Source of the DNA: Octopus sinensis
Lineage: Eukaryota
Length of the DNA: 64,000 nt
NCBI RefSeq assembly: GCF_006345805.1
Contig: NC_043006.1
Coordinates: 27,838,001-27,902,000 of the forward strand
Direction of reading: 5' to 3'
Shown: positions 26,513 to 38,735 of the stretch, in pieces
Position numbering within the stretch: position 1 is the first letter of the stretch
How the letters are laid out: every line of letters begins with the position of its first letter
Program-made: the position numbers and the translations under genes
Notes under the pieces: generated by a model
What the model saw: only the letters and a program-made list of their open reading frames with translations
Told to the model about the DNA's origin: nothing
The model's database searches: none

Positions 26513-28028
26513 CTCTAGAATTTAAGCATCAAGATTTGACAAATGGCTGATCATAATACCAATCTATTCAGTTTCATTACAATTAGTCCTGGGTATGACT
26601 TTACATCCAGTAGTGAAACCCTGCTTCGGAACTTCCAGGATTTTGAGGAGTGTAGAACCATCCCTTAGCCACTGTTGTTCCCAGGTCTACTCTGACCCAG
26701 AGTTGTAACACCTGTCAAGGTCTCAGCTATAGGTTAAATAGCATGTAACCAGCTGAGCCAGGGTACATTGAAATAAATTATGGGATGTAGCATGGTGGAT
26801 GTGAACTATTTTGGTAGATAAACTTATTGAATCAATGGCAAATATTTCTAGATGCTGTGGAGATGGACACACAACTGTCAATGGCCAGGATCAACCAATT
26901 CAGTTAGCAAAGTACTAATATCAACTGTAGTCATGGCATGCGCAGGTGAGATATTCCAGCTAGTGAAAGAATAATATGATTTACTGCCAGGCAAGTTGCC
27001 TGATTCAGATTTGGGCAATTAGAATAAAGTGTCCTCTCTAGTTAGAAAGTGTGAGTGTGAAATTAACCATATAATAATATGGATTTGATATTTAGTGCAC
27101 AAAAAATTGCTTAACACTCAGTTAAATAAATATCTAAAAAAAAATAATGACTATCAATAATAGAAAAACAAAGTTGACATTTCAACCTTATCCTTATTTT
27201 CGTAAGAGTAGAAAACAAAAGCAGTAATTATAGAGAAGCAGAAACGACAAAGAAAACAATGAAGGAAAGACAAGAACAATAATGGAAGTATTGGGCAAAA
27301 GTTGGGAAATCAACATTGTGCAAGTAAATGAGACACTTGGCATTTGTCAAGTGAGTTCATCTATTTCTGATAAGATGTTGGTGTTATCATTGCTGTTATT
27401 GACAACTAATTGAGTAGGCCTTTAATCAAAACCTTCCTGGCCATATCCATCCTGCTTTGTTTCAAGAATAGCGTAATCTAGGATTATATAGTTCAGTATA
27501 CTTTCTTTACTTTAAAATGTTAGGGTACAATTTGTTCAAGATGAAATGTTTTCTAATGACATTGAGAGTAAGGAAGAGAGAACGTCTGACAGTGAAGAAT
27601 AATAGAGGTGTAGAGGTAATACGGAGAATTATATCTGGCAGCGGGCTCATCATAGACATAACAGATACTGGTCTCAGAGAGATAATTCCATCTTACCCAA
27701 GCCTTTGCCAATTAATTTTCATTGCAGAATTTTTTTTTTGTTTTCTACAAAATTAACTGACCATGATGTTTTCCTCCCTCCAGTTGTAGAGAGGTTATGT
27801 GCCTCCGGCCATTTGAGTCTGACGAGTCACCTATTCAGCTAAGCACTTTATAGGTGCGAAACCAATGGCCACTCTATGACCACCCTTAACAAACAAACTC
27901 CTAAATATACTAAATATTCTGTTGTGGTTGACAGATCTTCTTGAGTACAGCAAGGTGTCAGATATTCTTTGTCAGATTTCAGTCCTTGATATATATATCA
28001 AAATAAGCAACAAGGATATCCAGAGGTA

Positions 28029-28116
28029 ATGCAGTACGATCATTTCAAGCAACTCTATTTAATTGAATAATGCAATCATTACATCAATTTAAATGCAGAG
28101 CAATCCTCAGCTGCAT
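28029..28116 (-). ncRNA. Type I hammerhead motif, same family as 5387-5475
   Basis: ATGCAG-CTGAGGA-[hairpin]-GAAA-TGATCG-TA-CTGCAT. Confidence 0.65.
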
Positions 28117-28589
28117 AAAGACATAGAATTAAATTAAATTAAAACAGATGGACACATTAGTATAATGTTACCTTAAACCTCCAAGAAGGTAAGGAGATAG
28201 ACAAAGAACATGCTGTCTTCACTTCAGCTTAGAAGCTACTAAGGTATCAGGAAGAAAGACTTGTTAGAGATCTAGCTTGTCACTGTTTTATGGGGTCAGT
28301 TTTAATTTAGAGTCTAGTTTATCAAATCTTTGTATATCAAAATCTAAGGCCAAAGAACAAGGAGCTGTTTCTTTTTGGAAGGTGGCTGAGGGAGTCGACA
28401 GAAATCATAGTGGGTATAGTCATAAAAACTATCAAGATTAATTTGAAGCAATATAATGAGATTTGGTAAAGGAAGTCTTAAATCAGAATGTTAGCTGACA
28501 ATTAAAGGGGCAAGCTACTAGTAGACCATTGATAATGATACAGTGGAAGTTTTAGCATGGGTTACGATAGTTAAATATTTTAAAGAACA

Positions 28590-30905
28590 TTGCCATATTG
28601 TATAAAGTTAAAATTTACAGTTATTCAGAAGATTAAGAAGAATATTATAACAAAAGGATAAAAAGTTTTTTTGAATACTTTTGAGCATATACCAAATTTT
28701 TATCACAATAGAGGGATGAAAAGAAATTACATAGAAATAGTTTAATGTTTACACATATTATATACTTAAATATTAACTTATTAAGTGGTGTTTGTGAAGA
28801 TTGATCAATTGGTATTTACTGATATTTAATAAAGGAGCACTGAGGCGAAAGAACATGTTAACTATATATTAATTAAATCATAATCTAAGCAGTTTATTTT
28901 AAGTTGTGAAGATACCAGTATTGTTTTATATAAGCTAAGTATGAATTGATAGGGGTACAAAAATTAAGATTTATTTTATAAATAAAGGCTATTATAAAAT
29001 AATAAAATGATCAGGTAGGGTAGAACACCATAGAAAAGGAATAAAAATAGTTTAATCACTAAAAACCATGATAAAGTATATATACCTTATTAACATCAAT
29101 AGAGAAGATTTATAGAAAATGTATAATAATTCAAGTATTTTAAACTAAAAATTGTTTATTTACCTATTTAGCTTGTATCAATAAAGACTAATACCTGGTA
29201 TTAACTAAAGGAATATTGATGTTATAAGACATGCTAATTATATACTAATTATAAACTAAGAGGTATATTATAGGTTTTAAAAGTTATTAAGGTTACTCCA
29301 TACATGATATAGTTTCTTAGTGGTACTTAATTAAAAGGGTTACTTACGTAAAGGCCCTTATAAATACTAAGATCAGGAGGGTGGAACACTTTAAGAAAGG
29401 GATAAATAAAGTAATTACTAAAACCATTTCAAACAATATTGCCATATTGTATAAAGTTAAAATTTAGGGATGTCAAGAAGATTATTAAGAATAATATTAT
29501 AACAAAAGGATAAAATTTCATTTGAATACTTTTGAGCATATACCAAATTTTACCACAATAGAGGGAGGAAATTACATAGAAATAGTTTAATATTTATACA
29601 TATTATATATTTAAATATTAACTTATTAGATGGTATCTATGGAGATTGATCAATTGGATTTTACTGGTATTTAATAAAGAAGCATTGAGGCGAAAGAACA
29701 TGTTAACTATATATTAATTAAATTATAATCTAAGCAGTTTATTTTAAGTTGTGAAGATACCAGTATTGTTTTATATAAGCTAAGTATGAATTTATAGGGG
29801 TACAAAAATTAGATTTATTAAAGGCTATTATATAATAATAAAATGATCAGGTAGGGTAGAACACCATAGAAAAGGAATAAAAATAGTTTAATCACTAAAA
29901 ACCATGATAAAGTATATATACCTTATTAACATCAATAGAGAAGATTTATAGGAAATGTATAATTTAAGTATTATAAACTAAAAATTGTTTATTTACTTAT
30001 TTAGCTTGTATCAATAAAGACTGATACCTGGTATTAGTTAAAGGAATATTTATGTTGTAGGACATGCTAATATACTAATTATAAACTAAGAGGTATATTA
30101 TAGGCTTTAAAAGTTATTAGTGTTAATCTGTGCATGATATTATAGTTTCTTAGGGGTACTTAATTAGAAGGGCTACTTACATAAAGGCCCTTATAAATAC
30201 TAAGATCAGGAGGATGGAACACTTTAAGAAAGGGTTAAATAAAGTAATTACTAAAACTATTTTAACAATATAGCCATATTGTATAAAGTTAAAATTTAGG
30301 GATGTCAAGAAGATTGAGCACTGAGATGAAAGAACATGTTAATTATATATTAATTAAATTATAATCTAAGCAGTTTATTTTTAAGTTGTGAAGATACCAA
30401 TATTGTTTTAAATAAGCTAAGTATGAATTTATAGGGGTACAAAAATTAGGTTTATTTCATAAAGGCAATTATAAAGTATTAAAACGATCAGGTAGGGTAG
30501 AATACCATAGAAAAGGAATAAAATAGCTCAATCACTAAAACTATGGTGAAGTATATATACACCTTAGTAACGTCAATTGAGAAGACTTATAGGAAATGTA
30601 TAATAATTCAAGTATCTAACCTAAAAATTGTTTATTTACTTAGCTTGTATCTATAAAGACTAATATCTGGTATTAACTAAAGGAATATTGATGTTATAGG
30701 ACATGCTATCTATATACTAATTATAAACTAAAAGGTATATTATAGGTCTTAAAAGTTTTCTGTGTGTTACTCCATACCTGATATTGTAGTTTCTTAAGGG
30801 TACTTAATTAGAAGGGCTACTTACAAAAAGGCCCTTATATATACTAAGATCAGGAGGGTGGAACACCTTAAGAAAGGGATAAATAAAGTAATTACTAAAA
30901 CCTTA
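28590..30905. repeat. AT-rich tandem array, three units of about 840, 835 and 640 bp
   Basis: Marker GATCAGGTAGGGTAGAA recurs near 29009, 29845 and 30486; ACTAAGATCAGGAGG at 29366, 30199 and 30843. The third unit lacks about 190 bp. Confidence 0.9.
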
Positions 30906-31589
30906 TAAAATTTGATCAACTAGGTAGGAAAAAAAATTTCTATGGATAGTGTACTAACCTTGTTTAGCACACTGATTAACTATACTATATAGCTTTTATT
31001 ATATTGTAATATATGCAATGTGCTTTAATTTCAGACTACAATATTAAAAGTAAGTATCCATCAAAATCAGTACAATCACAAGATCAATAAAGTGCTACTT
31101 TTGAAAATATTTAAAGGTACAGGTGACACTATGTACGTATGATACCCTAAGGTCTAATCTATTATTAATCAGGTTGCCTTTATCTTTATGCTTAAAAATT
31201 TCATGTTTCCATAGAGCACAGCTCACACCCATATCTGCTATTCCTATAAGGCTGTGCTTTTCTTATTATTTCCCATTTGAGGCTAAACCCAATTCTACTT
31301 TCCTTCAATTCCCAAATTTTACTGGATAATGACATACAATTCGCTTTATGTTTAAGTTTAAAGGAGGACATATGGTTGTATAGACGTTGTTTCATAGTAA
31401 TTGAACAACCAATGTAGTTGTAGTTATTATTGTACATTTATATATTACATTCTGGGTAAGACATCAGCCTAATAACAGACAGTGGGATTTAACTCTACAA
31501 TTGCAACTAGGAGAATTACTACTATTATTATTATTATTAATATTTTCACTAGACTGTGTACATAACTTTACATGTTTTCCCAAAACAGG

Positions 31590-31890
31590 AAGATATGGCA
31601 GTTGCAAATGATAAATGGTTTGAAGAAATCATAAAGGACTATGTGGGTGAGTTGCCTGTATCTTATAGAGACAGTATATCTAACAAGGAAGTGATGCTTT
31701 TAGAACAAAAGCAAGCTGAGAATACAGATGAAAATAAGGAAATTCCACCAATTCCACATAAATTGATCACAAAAACTACTACTAAAGATTTGGCACTTGT
31801 GGAGAAAAGTCTGCAGATAACAACCCTAATTGTGAACATAACAAATATTACAAGAGCTTAGTTCCTACACTGAGCTGTACAAAGAAACGG
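31590..31890 (+). mobile_element. Possible Tigger transposase C-terminal remnant
   Basis: KTTTKDLA followed by DNNPNCEH in another frame resembles the Tigger tail; degenerate. Confidence 0.35.
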
Positions 31891-32544
31891 TGTACCATAA
31901 ATATAAACAAGTTCTTTGCCCCTTAAATAAATGATGATGATGAACTATAAGATAATGTTCCTTGTCCACCAGTAATTCTCATTCAACTATCACCATTCCT
32001 CACACTGTATCTATTGTCGTAAGAATGTACCCTGTTTGTACCATATCATGATTCTTATTTATTCTCTACAAATTTCTCTTTAATGTTTTTAAATATAAAC
32101 ATTGTACTGTGAATGTTTAGAAATTATTTTTGTACATAAAAAGTGGCTATGTTGCTTAATTTTGTTTATTCTTTTGAAAACATCTGTCAAAATGCCTTGT
32201 CCCTTTATAACATGGAAACTAAAGGTATAATTAATTTCACATTACAGCAACTTTTTCAATAATTCATTACTCTCATAGTGCAGGGGATTCCTGTATTTCA
32301 TTGGAATTTAGACATTATCAACAGGGAAGTTTTGCATGGATGTATATGCATATGTAATTCTAATTATATACTGAACTTCTTAAAAGTTTTACATATTCTA
32401 ACATTAACTTTAATAGCTTGTAGCTGCTATCTTGAGATTAAGTGTATTCTTTCTTTGTGAATCCCAATTTCTCAAGATTGGTACTAAAGCAGTTAATCAT
32501 GTAACCAAGTGTTCTAATAATTATTGGTAGAACTCTAAAATTAT

Positions 32545-32785
32545 ATTTCGTTCTTGGATTTGATTTGCAAGATTCTTTATATGAGTTCGTGTGTTGAAGC
32601 ATATTCTATTGTCAGGGGAGAGTCATTTTTTTTGTGCCTTATGTAACACACTCACCGGTAAAATTTTCATGTTTTTCTTATTTTTATTGTCCTAAAATTT
32701 TCGTTGCATCTTGCAACCTTTTCAATAGTTTTGACTCAAATAGTTTTAAGGCACAAAAAGAAAATGACTCTCCCCAGACACAATA
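32545..32785. mobile_element. PLE-type terminal element with inverted arms enclosing a variant hammerhead-like motif
   Basis: Arms GGGGAGAGTCATTTT..TGTGCCTTA (32615-32641) and TAAGGCACA..AAAATGACTCTCCCC (32747-32775); related to 7186-7362. Confidence 0.55.
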
Positions 32786-34095
32786 GTCTAAAATTACAGT
32801 TCAGATGTAGTACTAACCATTAACATTTATGTTGACATCTACATTTCAAATATTACGCGTGGTTTCTTATCTCATTTGAGATCATCGTTTGGTCTTGCAT
32901 TATACTGAAGTCATAACAAACACATTCCACCAGTATTTTCTCATATTATGTGGTTATGTGCTCCACATCACTGTAGCTTCCCATATTTGTCTCAAGATTA
33001 TCCTTTCTACAGATTTCCTTAAACAATGTTCTAGCCACTATATTGTCTTATAGGCTGGTAATACTATATTTTCCAATAGCTTATGATGTGATGACACCTC
33101 AAGCATTAATTCCACAGAGTCTGCATTGATTATCCCATCTAGATTGTTTAGCAGCATTCCAGTCCCTTTTCTGCATCAGGTATTTTGTGGTTATTTCTAA
33201 CTGAAAGGCATATCCCAGTTGTTAATCGAAGGTAGATTACTCTGGTTGTCAATATTCTTATTTTGATTCCTGATGAAAATATAACCTGCATGACTGTTAG
33301 CTGTATGCATGCAATCCCTCTTCTGATAACATGTTACAGTAGAGTTATGCAACCTGTCAGAGTGTATATCCTTGGTTATTAGTCACAGAATACCTTCTGA
33401 GAAAACTCCTTTCCAACTCACATATGCAAACCTAATCTATGGATGGACTTTGATATTGTCAAAGGGATATGATACAACATCAAAAGACTGTTTGGATCAA
33501 TATTAAACTGTCTTGTTTTATAGCAAACAGATATATCTATGTCACCGCTGGTGTGGAAATTTCTGGTATAAGTTAACAATTTAACAATCATTTATGTATT
33601 ACTGCCATCATGGGAAAACCTGGCACCAGGTTAGCTTTGTAAAAATGGTTGCTAGAAACTCTCTAAGAAAAAACCAGGACATCCCCTTGTCCTCTTGACA
33701 TAGAATATTAGTGAATCTCTCCTCTTAAGTACACCAAATTAAAACTCAATCTGACAAATTTGTGGAAATGTCTGCAACTCAAGCCTGCTATTAACTACAC
33801 CATTCCACCATCATCTTTCCTGCACCAGATAAAACTGCTGAATAACCTAATGCAGGCTCACCCCTAAAAACCCTTCATATCAAGTAAAACTAAGTTAGCA
33901 ATTGCTTAAAAGATAAGTATCAGAGTCGATAAGATCAACAAAAACTTCACGATAGTCTTCCAACATGGCCACAGTGTAATGATTGAAACAAGAATAAAAT
34001 AACAAATTTTATAAATTTGAAAATAGAATTAAAGAAAGTGAAGTATAAAAATGTTAATTTATTTTATATGAAGTTCTTAAAATTGAAATAAAGCT

Positions 34096-36213
34096 TTAGG
34101 CAAGGACATTAAACCTGTTTTCAGTATCAAAATTCACCACAGAATTATTGTCAGATAAATCTGAGTTTTCATGCTTAGCCATATGTATATTCTGAGATTT
34201 TTTCTTTCGCTTTTTCTGAGATTTTTTTTTCATAGTCCGTTCTGCAATATAGCATGGTTTCAAAATCAAATGAAATGCATTATCACAAGAAATAAAAAGT
34301 GATTCAAACTCACTACCAGGAACCAACAAATTTGATAAGAATTCCTGAGGGTTTGCACGGCCACAAATTTCAAGAAATAAATTGCAAAGAAATGTTCCAG
34401 AAAATATGAAAGAGGGACTTGTTGCATAGAAAGGTTCTTGAAGCAGTTGATTCAAATGTAAGACATAGCGCAATGTAACTTGAAATTGATTGAAGTTATG
34501 TACCACAGGGGTATTAATTTTAGTTTTCCAATCATATGATGGGTTTCCACAGAATTTTATAAGATTTTTATTAACTTGATTTAAAATTTCATTATTTGCA
34601 CCTTCAATAAGTTTATACATACTTTTCTGATTTCCAGCAGAACTTTGAAGAAATACTTTCTTTGTCTCTGTTTTATCCTTTGAAATTTTTATCCACAAAT
34701 ATATATTGCATACAACCAAAGCTGTCACCATAGCTTTATGAATTTGAGGGTTAGCATTCTTCACCCAATACACAATGGTAATAGCAACTATTTTTAACTC
34801 GTCAGGAAATTCTTTTAAAAACTCCAAGTCTGAACCTAAGGTTAACAACATAATTTGGCGTTTAATATCAAGAGTGGCTGATGAAATGTCACTCAGTGAT
34901 GGGAGAGGCCCAAAGTTTGGAATGGTAAAAACTGGATCAATTTTTTTCTTTTTATAGTTACAGCCATCTCTGTCATATTCTTCAATAGATAATTTATTAA
35001 TTGATTCTTTTTCAACATTATCAAGAAGTAAAATACCATAAATAACTTGTCTGATATAAGTGGAACACGTGTAGACAGATGGATAACTCATATGCTCAAT
35101 TTGACTCATTAGAATGATTCGCCGTAAGCGCACTACATTAAGAAATGATACAGAAAGTTGACATCTTTTTAATCTGTGAATGAACCATTCTGGTAGAATA
35201 CAGTTGTGACAAAACTTTTTGAAACCTGGTGATTTAAAGACTAACTTGTCCGTTTCAAAATATTCTTTCATATCAAAACAAGATTCCACACTAATATAAC
35301 TAGTAACTGATTTACTTATTAATGTTTGCAATTTCTTCCGCTCTGCAATTTTGAAAAAATTCAAAATATTTGTAATAGCTTCTTCAATGGAACTTTGATT
35401 ATGGAGCCAATATAAAAGTGAAAGAAACATAGCATGTTGCTTGCGACGAGCAATATTCTGACCAAAATTATCTGGAGCTTTCTTCATATTGCAAAAAAAT
35501 TTATCAAATATTCCTTTGGAACTAACATAATCATTCCCACAAAGTGTACTAAAAAGTGGCAGTAAACTTTTATTCAGTCCAGGAAACAAATCAGTGAAAT
35601 TTTTGCAGAAATAAATTTGACATTCCAAAAACTTGTACGTTTTGCCAGAACTTTCTTCTTTAAATGATTTGGGGTTGTAATCCACACTGTCCAACATTAT
35701 AAATCCTCCAGTTACATCATAAATGTAAAAATCACTGTCGTTGCTAAGCACTGGACAATTCCATTGGTTAGCCAAAAGCATGGTTTGGCTGTCTGCTTCA
35801 AAATCTCCGACAACACAAGGAATGCCAAGATCTTTTATAACATTGAGAAACGTTTGAGAAGTCAGAGCTGGTGTAACACTTCCAGATCCTCCTCGTGCCA
35901 GAGACTGGGACATATATATGCGTTGACGAGCTCTAGAGAGGCATGTATTTAATTTTCGATTATCAGTTTCATAACCACCATCAAATACAAGATAAGGTGA
36001 GATATTGCAAGTTTCAAAGGTCTTAAAATACATTTTGATTTTAGCAACGAATAAATGATAATCTCCACCACATCGGTAAGGTACTTTATGATGATAATAA
36101 ATAAAATGATACAAATTGTTAGCGTCAATAACTATCTTGCAATCATGCAACCTATATTTGCTATCAAAACATTGCTGTGATTTAACAAAGGAGGCAAGTC
36201 CTGTGACACCCAT
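34096..36213 (-). CDS. ASTE1: Protein asteroid homolog 1-like (XPG/PIN-like structure-specific nuclease), 705 aa in a single coding exon
   Basis: Starts MGVTGL; PIN acidic motifs VIDANNL, VFDGG, EADSQ, SNDSDF and LCGNDY are present; intact 2118-nt ORF; upstream acceptor TTTCTTTTACAG with the exon starting at 36293. Confidence 0.92.
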   Translation of the reverse strand: MGVTGLASFVKSQQCFDSKYRLHDCKIVIDANNLYHFIYYHHKVPYRCGGDYHLFVAKIKMYFKTFETCNISPYLVFDGGYETDNRKLNTCLSRARQRIYMSQSLARGGSGSVTPALTSQTFLNVIKDLGIPCVVGDFEADSQTMLLANQWNCPVLSNDSDFYIYDVTGGFIMLDSVDYNPKSFKEESSGKTYKFLECQIYFCKNFTDLFPGLNKSLLPLFSTLCGNDYVSSKGIFDKFFCNMKKAPDNFGQNIARRKQHAMFLSLLYWLHNQSSIEEAITNILNFFKIAERKKLQTLISKSVTSYISVESCFDMKEYFETDKLVFKSPGFKKFCHNCILPEWFIHRLKRCQLSVSFLNVVRLRRIILMSQIEHMSYPSVYTCSTYIRQVIYGILLLDNVEKESINKLSIEEYDRDGCNYKKKKIDPVFTIPNFGPLPSLSDISSATLDIKRQIMLLTLGSDLEFLKEFPDELKIVAITIVYWVKNANPQIHKAMVTALVVCNIYLWIKISKDKTETKKVFLQSSAGNQKSMYKLIEGANNEILNQVNKNLIKFCGNPSYDWKTKINTPVVHNFNQFQVTLRYVLHLNQLLQEPFYATSPSFIFSGTFLCNLFLEICGRANPQEFLSNLLVPGSEFESLFISCDNAFHLILKPCYIAERTMKKKSQKKRKKKSQNIHMAKHENSDLSDNNSVVNFDTENRFNVLA

Positions 36214-36574
36214 TGTACTACAATTCTGATGTCAAAAATATTGGTCTTTCAGCACTTTCATTTGTTTTCTCTGGAACACATACAATGTAAAATCTGTAAA
36301 AGAAAGAAAACTATGCATAAGTATTAATCATAATATTTAACCCTTTCATTACTGTATTTATTTTGAGATGCTCTGTATTTCTTTCAATTTCTTTAAATAT
36401 AACAAAGAATTTAGTAAAATAACTTAGTTATCATTAAGCTAGTATTAGGAACATAAATTGTGACGAAGGTTTGGTGGAAGATTTTAATTCAAAACTTATA
36501 TGAAAACAAGACATTTGTACTCAGAGCCAGAGCCGGGTTGGTAATGAAAGGGTTAATCCTCAACATTATCATCT

Positions 36575-37160
36575 TCATTTAATGTCTGCTTTCCAGCTGA
36601 AGGGCTGCTCAGGCTCCATGTCTGTTTTGGCATGGTTTCTATGGCTGGATGCCCTTCCTAACACCAGCTACTTTACAGACTGTACTGGGTGCTTTAAATG
36701 CAGCACTAGCACAGGTGTGTTTCCATGGCACTGGCACGTGTTTTTTACATGACACCAGCACTCATGAGCCCAAAAGGTTAGGAATGCTCAGCTGGAGAGC
36801 AATGCAGGGAACAGCCTGTATGCAAAGACAACCGTGCTTTTACTTAGCTTGACATGTCATTTCAAGCACAGCGAACCACCAGGAGCCTTGGCCCCCTGTC
36901 ATCAGCTATGTGAGTCTCAACATCTGTAGATCCTTTCTCACCACTTCGTCCCATGTCTTCCTGGGTCTACCCCTTCTACATGTTCCTTCAACAATTTGAA
37001 ATTGGCACCTGTTGATGCAGCTGTCTTCATTCATATGCATTACATGGCCATACAAGTGCAGTAAACTCTCTTGTACACTACACCTGATGCTATGTGTACT
37101 CAGTTTTCCTCTCAAGTTACTTACATTCTCTTGTATATGCACATTGATATTACCCATGAT
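36575..37160 (-). mobile_element. RTE LINE 3' fragment upstream of the ASTE1 coding exon
   Basis: ORF 36906-37157 (LYGHVMHM..GRPRKTWDEVV); absent from the duplicate at about 19245. Confidence 0.75.
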
Positions 37161-38604
37161 AAATAAGTACAGAGAGTAGTGTGGAATGTATTAATGTAAA
37201 AATATAAATTGAAAAGATACAATATGACTAAAAAGAGAAAGGTTCACACAGACTTCCATTTGGACATGTTGCAAAGTAAACAAAAATATCCAGTTCAAGA
37301 TTGGAGTTCATCTTCATGCCAAACTCAAAAATCAAAGCTGTGCTAAAACTGAGGATATCTTTTATTTTCCTCAAATCTATCTAGAAGGGAACATAGGAAC
37401 GTTGTAAATTTGTATTTCAATGAAACAGAATGGAGAAAGAAACGAGGTGTGAAGAGAGGCAATCATTTCTAATTAATCTGTATTGTCAGGAATATATTTG
37501 AGATAAATCAACCTGATTAGTATTTAACTAGGAAGTTAAATACTTCCTAGTTAAATACGGATGCACAAAACTGAGAAAATGAAACAAATATGGACGACTT
37601 GTACCGAAACACCCACCCAGTGGGGAGCGGTCCTCAAAAGTAACCCTCAATTGTTTTCTCCCCAAGTTCCTATGTTCTCGCAATCTACATAGTCCGAGGT
37701 ATATTTGTAGAAAATGTCACTAAAAAATATCGATTTTCTTGAAAGGTAAGGCGAATTGAAGTGGACGCCGGTGAATTTTCCGAAATTCCCCACCTAAAAC
37801 ACTCCCCCTCCATGATATAACACATATTCGTAGGAAATTTCATTTAAAAATATCCATTTTTCTGAAAGTTATGATCGTCCAAAGTCGGGCGGGGACAGGA
37901 ATCTGTAGTTATGCCTTGGCTCTTTTCAGTTTACTATTGTAAAATGAAAGCTGATACGAAACTCCGCCAAAAATAGCCAGTTTCTCTGGAGAAAATTTGG
38001 CTGTTATTTTTAGCAAGTCGCGCGACCGGGTAGAGGTTTGTTTGACGAAATAAGCACGTGGAGGCGAAATTCTTGAAACAGTCAGTTACAAATAATTGCA
38101 ACATCACTTTTAATACAATAAATGGTAAATGATAATGCTACGATCAATAAAACAACAAGTATTAATGACAGTGGATGTATCTTTAGAATTAACTCTTACA
38201 AAAAGTGGCGGAGGTAAAGAATACGTACACCAACCGTTTTCGGCGTAACAAAAACTCTAACCCTAACCCCTAACTTTAAACACCGGGTGTGTGTATTCTT
38301 TACTTTCGCCCAAAAAGTTTGTGAAATAATACATTCGTTTTATAACGATCTATATACACTTATCGTATGAAAATGTTTTATATAATTAAATAAGTAAATC
38401 TTGGATAACCTTTATAAATTTCTTCTAAAAAACAATACATTTGGAGAAAAGATGGAGTTAAGTAAAAATAAACACTAAAAAGAATTCTTAGAAAAAGCCA
38501 TACATACCGAGTAGTGAGTGGAAGGGAAATAATGTAACTTTCGCTTGAAGTACCGGAAATATCGTAATAGTCTCTAAAAAAAACCCAAAACTTTATGCTT
38601 TGCC

Positions 38605-38720
38605 TTTTATCCTTTTCGGGGTCGATTAAATAAGTACCAGTTATGCACTGGGTCGATGTAATCGACTTAACTCCTTTGTCTGTCCTTGTTTGTCCCCTAT
38701 GGGTAATAAAGAAAGAAATG
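38605..38720 (+). mobile_element. SINE fragment with a Nin-like central domain
   Basis: GCCTTTTATCCTTTTCGGGGTCGATTAAATAAGTACCAG; related minus-strand copies at about 51330-51550 and 52245-52455. The family name is recalled, not searched. Confidence 0.5.
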
Positions 38721-38735
38721 GTTAATATAAAAATC

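Larger units (their letters stand above)
27995..31440 (-). mobile_element. Penelope-like remnant: GIY-YIG end, 3-unit tandem array, pLTR tail with hammerhead
   Basis: ORF 31201-31437 (YIGCSITMKQRLYNH..WELK..WEII..CELC) continues after a frameshift as EKHEIFKHKDKGNLINNR, resembling a PLE endonuclease end. The terminal 170 bp is homologous to 5353-5520. Confidence 0.7.

Noticed and set aside
28590-30905. Minus-strand frame with recurrent TAA, considered as an alternative genetic code
   Set aside because: No recognisable protein even with readthrough, and TAA is expected in such AT-rich DNA.
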